Below, one piece after another: positions 53,101 to 64,000 of a DNA stretch of 64,000 bases. Position numbers and translations under genes: made by a program. Every line of letters begins with the position of its first letter. Position 1 is the first letter of the stretch. Source of the DNA: Styela clava (taxonomy: Eukaryota); NCBI RefSeq assembly GCF_964204865.1, contig NC_135257.1:3410001-3474000 (forward strand), read 5' to 3'. The notes beneath the pieces were generated by a model. That model did no database searches. It saw only the letters and a program-made list of their open reading frames with translations, and was not told the DNA's origin.

Positions 53101-56100
53101 AATTCTTTAGCGGACGTTTTAAACTCAAATATATGTTTGTTTATTATCTGTTTGTCACCTAAAACTGTGATCCTAGATTTTCAATTAAGTAAAAAATTTA
53201 AATGAAAATCAGAAATATCAAATAAAATTCAAATGTTATATGTTGCATTCACATATGAGAAATTTTCAAACATCACTGCGAACGTCTTCTTGTTGTCAGT
53301 TCGGGGCGTCTCATTTGAACGTCAAATAAAATTGACTTGACAAAGGAATTGAATCTCGTGACAAAAACGTATCATGTTTGTGCTCATTCCACTGTCTCAT
53401 CTCGAGACAAAGAACAATTGTTCCAATTGTTGAGAAAATGACAAATTTAATTCTTAAACACAAGTCGGGTCATTGTTGACGGTAAGACAACATAATGCGA
53501 AGTAAGTCGTTCTTCATCCGTACGTTTGGACGTATTAATGGTGGATTTTCGATTGACACCCACTTGGCCGTTTCAATGTTATAGAAAGGTTCAAAATTTA
53601 ATAAAATACCAGATAGAATTAGGCGTTCTCCTGCGTTGATTTAAAACTCCGACCTCAATTTACCACGAAAGCTTGTTTGTTATCTGTATACTGAACCATC
53701 CCCAAATGATACATTTTCTATTAATATTGAGATGGTAAATTGTAAGGTTGTTTTTGGTAGTCATGTTCCTTGTATAGATTTTCGAAGTGAACAAAAAATT
53801 ATGATAATATATACAATTTAAACATACTCTCCGATTTTGAATATTTTTAGTCGGCATTTCTAAATGCAGCATTTCTAAACACTCAAATTCCAATTAATTA
53901 GCCCATTAGTAATTACCACTCCGTGGTCCATTTACCCTTTCACTTGATTCATTTTCGATTTTTAAATGGCCCAGTAAACACTTCTGTTGAAGTGTTTCTT
54001 GGAGGTCTATTATCGTATCATAACTTACAATGATCGGAGATTAGAATGAAACGTTTTCAAGTGACAATGACTTGTGCATTATCGCACTCTTTTCTCTCAC
54101 GCCTAATAGCGGTGTTCCCCAAGATAAATTTAACGTCGGTGTATGTCTTTGTCAAATTCTATGCTCTTACTTCTTTATTTTGATATTTATCAGCTACTTG
54201 GATATATATAAGCATTATTACTCAACTAAAGTGGTGTATAACGTACGGGAATAATGAATGAAATAGTCCAGGGGAACACTATTTCATTTGAAAGAACTAT
54301 GTTTCACGATAGCGACAATTGACTAGTGTCATTTCTACTTCTATGATGTAACAAGTAAATTAACTACTGACAACGACGTAAAACGATAAGAAATGAAAGG
54401 AACTAACAATGAAAATGACACTAGACAGACCGCGATGATTTGGCATAAATAAAACTAGAAATAACAACAAAGTAACAACCATCATTATACGGAAATAGAT
54501 TATCTATTCCGTCACAATGCTGGACCAACGGAAGCCATAAGTTTAGGCTGCGAAAAAGCACTACTTCCAGTTTCAACGACTGGATGATTTTTACCAAGAG
54601 ATGGATGAACTGTTCAGTGTTGGGTTAGAATTAAAAATAATTTGCTGGCATTCAACTAAAAACCTTCCAATCTCGCTTTAACTCAGATCGCTGAAAAGTT
54701 TATAAAAGATAAAAAAAATACCATTAAAGTTATTTTTAAATCCCAAGGTTTTATTCCATTTGCACCTATATTTAAACCCACGACAAAGCTGATAGCACAC
54801 ATCTTTATTTACGCCATTGCGTGAAATATAAAACTCGACCTCATCAGAAGATCTACTTATATATTCGTGATGGTAGCAAAGCTGAAATTTGCGACAACAT
54901 GGTGTCGTTTTCACTTTCATCATATTTCAAAGCAATTATAGACCTGAGAATTCCATATTGTAAAATACGGTAGTGAATAGAAGTCTGTCCATATATTAGA
55001 AATGCCGATTTTGTTATTGAAATTTTGGGATGTTTTTAAATTTGTGTGATAAAATGTGTGAAAGTGAATCACTCAATTTAGTCGTTTTGATTTTTGCTAC
55101 AGTATTCTCGCGGCCAGTACATATGAACTCACTAAGGCGGAAATGAAGGACGAATAGTTTCTACTTCAATCAAATATGTAACGCTTTCTAATTTTCATCA
55201 AAAATATTGTCTTTGATTGGGTTCGAACTCCAAAAATATGCACTTGAGTTTACTTTTATATATTGCAATATAACGAAATATTATTCTCATAACTTGCCCA
55301 TCCTACTCTGTTTTTCTGCTTTTAAAGCTGAAATAATGACAAATTAAATTTCCATATTCTCATTTATTCTAGCAAGTATATATTTGGCTATGGATGAGTG
55401 ATATTACATAATACTGAAATAGATATATCGGTACTTTTGAAATTTGATTCACGTTCCCATAATCTAACTACTGTTACCTGCATGTCGGATAAGGTTCGTC
55501 ACTTATTTGATATTTTCCCACTGTTGGAACAGTATATTAATCACACGTACTCTGATTTCGGCCTGTTTGACTGGTTGAATTTGAATCTGGTAAATAGAGT
55601 TGAATCATAACTGCAACTTTCAAATTATGAGGCAAAAATATGACTGTCTATAAATCATACATATTAGTCAAGTATTGGATGTCGTTGGCTTTTTTCATAT
55701 TAGACGTATCTCAATCGAATAAAATATGTAGTTCATATATCTAGTGTTAACTCCAATAGATTATGATTTAATTTGTATCGAAATGATGTTTGCTTATGCG
55801 TGCCCTAGAATTTCGAAGTCAACGCGTAATTTCCATCCTTAATTCGTCTGGAAAAAGTAACATAAATTACAAATCGTTAAATTTAGATATCACAGCATTT
55901 TTGAGCCTATCGAAATATGTATTGTTGTTTTCAGACAACCTATTCTCTCTCTCTCATTCAGCGACAATTATTACTTCCGCCTCAAAATATGCGCAGCTGG
56001 GGCCTTATCTCTTTTTATGGCATGCCATTATGTGGACATAATTTGTGCCCGAAAACAAAAAGCTTTTTCGTTCAATCTCGGGTCACACAATATGTGGTGG

Positions 56101-59100
56101 GTGTCATATCTAGGTTAAACGCTATGACGAACAAATATTAAATATATTTCATTCGTGCTAGTTCTCCCTATTGTTGACCGCTCGTTCGCTAACTAATCGG
56201 GTTCTTTTGTTTATACAGTCTCTTTCTCGATTGTGTCGTGTGTATTCCATAGATAAGATTTCGTTTATTTGAGTTAATCGTTCTCAATTGTGTGTGCAAT
56301 ACAAAATTTAAAATGGGAGATGAAAATAATGTATCAATATACTAAATGTAATTTAATTAGGTCATTTTGTTCTGGTTCAAAAATAGTCACAAATTCATTC
56401 CATTTTTGATGAAATTAACAATATATTATCGACTGTTGAATAGGTATTACAGAATAATATTAACAAGTGAAATGCCCTAAAATGCCCTTGTTGGAATTGA
56501 AATACTTGTAACATTGGTAACAATTACTGTTAAATTCTGGTTTACTTTGCAATATTTCACTCCTGACTAGGCCGCGTCAATTGTTTCGTTCGTTGTCGAA
56601 TTGTGTCATCATTTCAAATAAAAGGGAGGGTCAAAAGGCTTTGTTTGAAACTTATTACATTGTTTTGTGTCATATTGAACATTGAACATATATTGAACGT
56701 CGTTCGTGCGCTATTTATTTATTTCCTGCAAGCAAGCACACTCCACGTACGGTCGTCACCCCCATACAATAGTGTAGTTTTGACAACGGTGGCTCTCGAG
56801 CACCGATTGTGATCCGAGTGGGCATTGTGGAAGTTTTTATTGTTCACCACGAGTGTCTTCGGCCAGCAAAACATAAAGCGCGGTATGGAGCCACTTAGAA
56901 ATTCGTTACAATAAAATGAGATATTATTAGGCGTATTATTGTCGTCGCCTATAGCTTAACCATTGTTTTGAGTCGAATACCGCTGCGCAAAACTCATCGC
57001 TAACAAAGAAGGGAGGCTTTCGAGAGGCAACAAATTTATGCGAACCGAACAATAAACGCTACAAAGACAGCAGACGATATTCAAGCTGAATTAATATCCG
57101 GAATCGATTTTGCCATTATTATATCGACGCATGATTTGGCTGACTTGCGGATGTGTTTGATTCACCAGTCGCAGAAAAGTTGAATAAAATCGTACATGGC
57201 CTGGTTTATACGAAACATACAATGTACAACACTGCGTGGCCCTTTTGATCCTATATCAGTAAAGAATTATGAATGGAACCTAGTTTTTCTACTGTTCGGA
57301 TTAGAATCTGCAGCACAAGTATTTCAAACGTAGCCACGGATTTCGAATAGAATATCTATTTGTTATCTTATGTAATGTGACAATGTAGCACATGATTTCG
57401 ATTTGATAGTAGATTACCAATGTCAATGATTCTCAATAAGGTTGATATATTTCAAGCTGTAAATTGAGAATTACGATTAAGCATTTTTTTAAATTTATTT
57501 CAGTCACATACTGCATTTCATCCTGTGCATTGTGACCTTTGATTTTTTTTAAATGATGGTTCATAATGACAATTGCGATTGGCGCAAATGAATGCGAAAC
57601 CATACCACTAGATATCGTCTTGATATGTACTAACCCAATATATTCGAGGTGCGGTTTGAAATTGCGTTTCATTAAATCGGCCAAACCCAGGAAGGCGCGA
57701 AAATCTCATCATTTATCTTGTGAAATCAATGGACACCTGACGTATAACTCGTTTATGTGTGTATCGTTTGGACGAAATGTGCTCGTAAATAACGCGACAT
57801 CGAGAGAGAACAAAAGCCGCCGCGATTTAAACAAAGAACCGAAAGCGAGCGAACGAAAGAATCACGCAACAATATATGTATTATCAACCATGGATAAACG
57901 ACCGCTCTCGTTCGTCCCTCTCAATTAATAACATTGTGTGATGTATACACAATGCTAATGACAAAAATATACTATTAAACATCATTTTGAAGTATTTTTT
58001 TTCCTAAAAAAAATCGCTGTTGACGTAACGTGTTGAAGATGGAATATTTCACGTTAATGATCAAATATCGGTGAATTTTCGTTATTTTTTAAAGTATTGC
58101 CTTTATTTGCCATCCCACCACAATAATGACCAATTTGTTATTAGTGCGACGTGGTTGTCTCGGTTGTTCATTATGAAGGCGGTACATTAGCTTTAAAGGT
58201 CTGTCGATGTAAATATTCACTTCACTAGACGAACTCGCCATGTTTTGTCCATTTTATAATATTATTGTCTTGTGTGGTCATTCCATCTTCGATTCAATAT
58301 TAAAAAATGACCTTACTTTAAATACAAAACAATTTTTTTTATATGTTTTAACCTGGCGCCATTGTATAGCTAGCTAGCTGTCACTGAGTGTGTCAGAAGA
58401 AAACCATTTTTGGCATAATTAATACATTTTTTCCACTCACGACATGCAGCTGAAATACACACTAATCTTACCCAGAAGAATGTATGCGCTATCCATGCAA
58501 TATTGTCGGGTTTTCTGTTACTTTGACGCTCAGTATCAGCATCTAGTGTCCAAATTCCAGTCCCACGTAATGGTATTAATCGTCCCATCAACCCCAATAT
58601 CATTTCTATTGCAGGAGAAACCTCTTAACCTATCACAAAGAATAAAAGAAGAAAAGCAGAGAAATTCATCCCCACCACCTCTGATACAACAAACATCGAA
58701 TAACAGATCTCCCGACCGAAATTTTGGTAAGCACAAACTAGTATTTATTCAAAATTATAGTTGATTCTTATTATTGGAAACTATTCATGGCTTACTTCCA
58801 GAATTATAATATGTAGATATACTATGTTGTCCAATGTCCATACTGTCGTTGCCCATTGATTGTAGTCTTGCTAAAACATCCTCTTTGGCCATGTTATAAC
58901 CCGATTTTCACCTGAATTTCACACTTATCAATTTTTGTTTGTTCATTTTTCTAGGTGCTGATGACATGTCCCAAGCTTTACTTCGTGCTCACACTTTTAA
59001 GTCAACACTGGAATCTGAACGAGCATTCCAGATGATGCCGAGAGTTGACAGCGAAAAGGTAAGAATTTTTCTGGTGCTCAATAACTGACAACAAATTGTA

Positions 59101-61408
59101 AACATTTCTAGTACATTCTTGCTGGTGAAATTAAAAAAAAAACTGCCTTGAATATGGATCATGAAAAACGCAAAAATAATTGGTATTTTAGGAATTTCAA
59201 AAAAGTTCTAAAGTTTTGGACTCAAATTAAAAATATTTTAATCTGTGCTATATAATGTGTAAACAAGTTTTCATCTGTTTTTATTACAGGCTTCCAGTAT
59301 CTTACACAAGATGTTCCAACCAAATAATCATGGTGCAGAAATTCACAACTATCTTTTACAACAATCATCAAAACGTGAAAAAGGTTTGTTTCAATTTTTA
59401 TAAATTAGCTATATTTGGGGTTGTACAGTCGTTACCAAATGTTAAGAATATGATACATTTTGATATAAAAGAACAACCACAATTATGTTATTTGTATGTA
59501 ACGGGTTAACTTAATTCAGAGGAGGCAAGAACAATTATCAATTGTCAGCAGCAAGTGGGAGTGACCGAATATAAACGCGTGTCACTTGTCAGATTGTGAA
59601 TCTATACTGCTAAAAACATGATGAAAATTTTCATGAATTTATGGGTATTATATGTTAACTACATTAAAAACGGATATTTAATAAGCACGCAGTTTTTCAA
59701 AGTTATGTCATAATTGGATTACAATATTACATAATTTTTTTGTCGTACAGGTTTCATATAATAACATATTCTATCTTTTTATCAGCTATGCCAGAAATTC
59801 CCGCAAACGAAGCAAGAACATATCGCGAAAAAAGGGATGTCCAACATATCAAACGACCGATGAATGCTTTCATGGTTTGGGCAAAAGACGAAAGAAGGAA
59901 AATTTTGCAAGCTTTTCCTGATATGCACAATTCAAACATCAGCAAAATTTTAGGTAACTCAGATTTTTTACCATAGCTATACCATCATGTTATCACTATT
60001 GTAGGTTTACCCAATCATTTTGGAATATTCAAAATCGGGACTATATGTGGAAGAATTCGAGAATATACAAATATCCAACCTTTTGGATATGGGCATTTGA
60101 ATATCAAATCTGTTTTGGTGACATGGATATTTAATATGCTTTTGTACCAATCCTTCTAAAACATCTATAAAACTTTCAATCTCTTTAAATTATAGGAGCA
60201 AAATGGAAAGAAATGTCGAATCTAGAGAAGCAACCATACTATGAAGAGCAAGCTAGATTAAGCAAACTTCATCTTGAAAAGTATCCTGATTATAAATATA
60301 AACCAAGACCAAAACGAACATGCATTGTTGATGGCAAGAAACTTCGAATTTCAGAGTATAAGGTAAAAAATTCTGTTTTCCTTTTTTGTTTTCACCTTTT
60401 GAAAATATTCAAACCACTAGAACAGCAAGGCTCGAAATGAAAGCAAAAGAAACTCAATTTTACTGAATAGAATCCCTAGTATACTGGTCTATGAGAAATC
60501 GCTATAAATATATTAACAAATTGATACATGCCCATTACTTTAAATTTAACTAAATTTTACCTGCTTTCGACACAATTCATCGTCATTTCAGGCTAGAGAC
60601 ATTTAAAACCAATAATAAAAGATTTTTGAATCTTCAAATGAACAATGAACTTGATTGGTTGTACACATCTTACGTAACTGCCCTCAAAATCACACCTGCT
60701 GTTAAATGGCTGCCCGATATGTCCTCTTCAGTGGAGGCAATTTATATGGTGATTGGGACCATATAACCATCTCTACACCTATTACAGAATACTCAAATCT
60801 CTTTTTGGGTTTAAATATATATATTTTTATTTACAAATGACTTTAATTTGAACAACTTACTTATCATTTTTAAATTGCAGGCTCTCATGAGAATGCGAAG
60901 AACAGATATCAGAGGAAATGTCTTCCCTGCTTCATCTACGTCTCCATCGTCATCAAATCCATCTCCTACATCTAATAATCCATATTCATCACCCCCAACA
61001 ATGGTTTCATCAGTTTACAATTATCCAACCAATAATGCTCAGGTAACAATTGCATGACTCTTATTGATGACTTATGTTTTGAAATGAGGAACAAAAATGT
61101 TGAAAACATATGAAATGAAAACACAAAATAATTTACAACATCTTAACCTAGATTTAGTTACATTACGTTTTGAAAGCTAATTTGGTTACATGGGGCAATC
61201 ATATTTCGCAATATTCATATTTTTGATTTTTCGCCTTTTCTGCGATACTATCTTCTAAATACCTTTATTTTATTTTCAGTCTCACAATTCCATGCCAATG
61301 GCGGATTTGAGTCGTATGACGTCATCAGTTGGTTCCTTCAGAGACGAATTAAAAGACCAAGACAAACACGATCGTTGTAGCCCCGTCGATCACCAAGCAG
61401 AAGTTTGA
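29166..61408 (+). CDS. SoxD: SoxD-group HMG-box transcription factor (Sox5/6/13 orthologue), 17 coding exons
   Basis: Phase-consistent exons: 29166-29706, 31468-31663, 31858-32072, 32191-32285, 32412-32492, 37543-37611, 43024-43177, 44403-44452, 44984-45080, 45173-45612, 58615-58726, 58955-59058, 59290-59383, 59786-59953, 60196-60362, 60881-61042, 61280-61408 (TGA). HMG box [88 protein letters not shown] is diagnostic of SoxD. The SoxD coiled coil and a PLNLS motif are also present. Confidence 0.95.
32191..37611 (+). CDS. SoxD: SoxD leucine-zipper/Q-box coiled-coil dimerisation domain (3 exons)
   Basis: [23 protein letters not shown]|[27 protein letters not shown]|[23 protein letters not shown] matches the Sox5/6 coiled coil. 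Confidence 0.92.
56580..57066. promoter_or_regulatory. Candidate intronic enhancer: 14 SOX/HMG-type motifs in ~490 bp
   Basis: ATTGT/ACAAT at 56580, 56600, 56659, 56766, 56806, 56824, 56839, 56908, 56938, 56962, 57049 and CTTTGT/ACAAAG at 56639, 57003, 57061. Confidence 0.5.
59786..60362 (+). CDS. SoxD: SoxD HMG box (two exons, intron after ...SKILG)
   Basis: RPMNAFMVW motif and the SoxD-specific [17 protein letters not shown] tail; donor G|GTAACT at 59953 and acceptor TAG|GA at 60196. Confidence 0.97.
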
Positions 61409-62987
61409 AAAACCACTGAAAACTTTCGTCGAAATCGACAAAGATGACGTCAGGACCATTACGTGTAGAGATGACGTCATGCCGAATCCTATACACGAGA
61501 ACATAAACTCGACATGCTAGGTGTAAGCCCTGCTAAGTTCCAAAAACCTAATCAACATTATAAACATCAAAACACAAAAACGATAAAGCAATTCACTGCC
61601 TTGGATTCGCTTGCAATGTATGTTCTGCAATCACAAAACGAACAAATTTCAAACTTTTCTTTGATCATGTAATATGGAAGAAGCCATATGTTGTCTAATA
61701 TTTTATTTGGAATTCTCTTTATTTTTATGATATTATATTTTCCACTTATTTTAAACCAACGATTATTTTAATTCATAATCGAATGCACAGTGCGTTTAAA
61801 AACTTTAGTAAGCAAGTTAATAGCAGTGAGAACAAAATGTCATTATTGGACACAAATTGGCGTCCTACTTTAGTTGGATAGTCAAATTTTCAATCAAATT
61901 ACAATTCCATTTATGTATTTTGTATTCATTTATGACAGCCTGAAACTTTTTCGGGAAGCAACAACATTTTATTGATATTTTCTCTTGTAATTGAAGTTCC
62001 GTGAAAATGTTATCATCATATTTGGGTGTATTAACTGTATATATTTTTAATTATAAGACAGTCGTTTTTTTTATTAAAAATACGTATGAATTTCTCCTGT
62101 TTTCTAAAAATTCTTGAGAAATTTTTGTATTTTTTCGACAGATCTAAAAAAAAGACAACATGGGTGTGATAATAACATTATTGAAAATGAAAAAAATTGA
62201 TGGCGCTTAACAAAATCCCCCTCCTCCCTTTTCAAATTTGCTGAATGCAAGCATCATACGCTATTTTGGCATTTTCATAACTTTCAAACAGTGATTGTTT
62301 TCGAAACTAATACTGCAATGTGGGCATTTCAATATATATTTATATATATATATATAAATATATTCAAATTGAAATCTCCTTGATATCATTTCAAACGTCA
62401 TAACAACCTTTTACATGTTGATGCCATTGATTTATTTTTTATTTTTGTTACAGTACTCATAATTGACTATTTAATTAATCTTGACCGTTTATGTCAATGA
62501 TAAATATAAATGTTCGGGTGTGCTAACTTACTTTTTATTCATCAAATTCACATTTTCAAATTATTTAAAAACACCATATTTTATGGAGATATCACTTTTC
62601 ATGAGTGGCAATAAAATTTTGCATTTATTTGGTGAATTCAAAGTAGGTCGTTATAGAATGAGAAAATTCTGACGAGAATTCTGATGAAATGATTTTAAAA
62701 AATATTTTTCACCTGTTCTGAATTATGATTTCCAAAAGATAGTACATTTAGTTAGACCCTATAAGCTGCCGTTTTCTGAAAGTATTTTCTTGCCGCGAAA
62801 ATAAAATAATGTCTTTGGATAGCCATATGACTATTTTTTATAATCCTGCTGCCTATTTTTCATAACAATTCTGCTAAAATAGCCATAACAACAACAATGT
62901 TGCAATACTCAATACATTTATTATTGGATCTTTCTATATATACTACATGGCTGCATACTACAATTCTATCATAAAATGCTTCATTTT

Positions 62988-63873
62988 TTAATGCTGAACG
63001 TTTTGCTGCTTTTGGTCGCTGCTTTTTTTAACTTGTACTGTACATGAAATTATTTTATTATTTGAAAATTTGACGTCAAGGCGCAAAAATGCTTTGCAAT
63101 GAATGTAAAATTGATTCGTATTTACAATTTTGCTAGCGATCAAGGCGTATTCTTCTATATAAAACAGACAGATTTGTTCGATTTTTTGGTGCACCAATAT
63201 ATTTATAAACTATATTGGACAAGTACTGCTAGTTATTTGCATTAAAATTGCCGAGATTTCTAGGTAATTTATTTTGGCATCAACGACTATGTCCAGTTAT
63301 AACGTTCAAGGAATTGTACTTTTCGTTGAAACCTTCATTCATTTAGGAATTACTTGTAATTTCATAACATTTTACTCATTATTTTAACAGTGCTTGCTCG
63401 AGATGAATATAACAATTTTGTTCCCTAACACATTTACGTACTACGTTATGGATGTCTAATTATTCCTTGTTATGTCAACTTTTATTTTAATTTTAACAAA
63501 CCCACGATTTTCATTTCTTTATTTGTTTATTTTTCATATTCATTGTGCTGCACGCTTTATTTTTGTTTATGTATTGAATCAATCGTGCTTATCGTTTTCC
63601 AATTTGCTATGAAAAATAACGGAAAATTACTAATATTCGTGCCTACTCGTGGAATCTGTGGGTGCGGTCTTCTGCTGAAGTAATTCTCATGAAAAATGTC
63701 TTTTTGATTCTTAAAATGGAGACTAAATTTTTAGGAATAATTGTTTTCAGTACGGTCTTCCACGATTTATGAATTTAAACGTCATTTCCTTTTTTTATTT
63801 CTCAATTGAGCCACGAGAACAAAATGCAATAAAACATCAACACGTACATTGTTGTCGATTTTAGTTGATGGGT
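62988..63873 (-). CDS. Possible 3' micro-exons of a neighbouring, convergent gene
   Basis: Three short AG/GT-bounded segments (63873-63848, 63674-63647, 63037-62988) join in frame as (D)PSTKIDNN-QKTAPTDST-IQVKKSSDQKQQNVQH*, with a minus-strand AATAAA at 62917-62922. No recognisable domain; could be chance. Confidence 0.2.
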
Positions 63874-64000
63874 CTTACAGCAACAATTTTATCGATTCAA
63901 AAATAGAATACAGAGTTTCAGACCTTGGAATTACATGATCACCAGCAACATAAACATTGGGTCGTTTCAACATATTCTAAAGAGAACATAACGTTTGATC

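Noticed and set aside
59520-59600. Extra SoxD exon after TTAATTCAG (reads EEARTII...)
   Set aside because: No good phase-1 donor before the in-frame stop; exons 13 and 14 already join in phase.

Overview
AT-rich animal genomic DNA with short GT-AG introns, frequent TGACGTCA motifs, MITEs and a SINE. This is most consistent with an ascidian/tunicate genome (inference). Four parts: (1) 1-8164, the right end of a near-perfect tandem array of ~1,814-bp units built from transposon fragments; (2) 9366-14425 (minus), a 10-11-exon gene encoding a long coiled-coil region fused to a caspase-fold domain that lacks both catalytic residues; (3) ~14.5-29 kb, intergenic DNA with several non-autonomous elements; (4) 29166-61408 (plus), a complete 17-exon SoxD (Sox5/6/13-type) gene whose large introns and upstream region carry dense clusters of SOX-type motifs and almost no recognisable transposons. 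The most novel candidates are the coiled-coil pseudo-caspase, the SOX-site clusters around SoxD, and the readable history of the tandem array. Exon boundaries and motif counts were made by eye; no database search was run.
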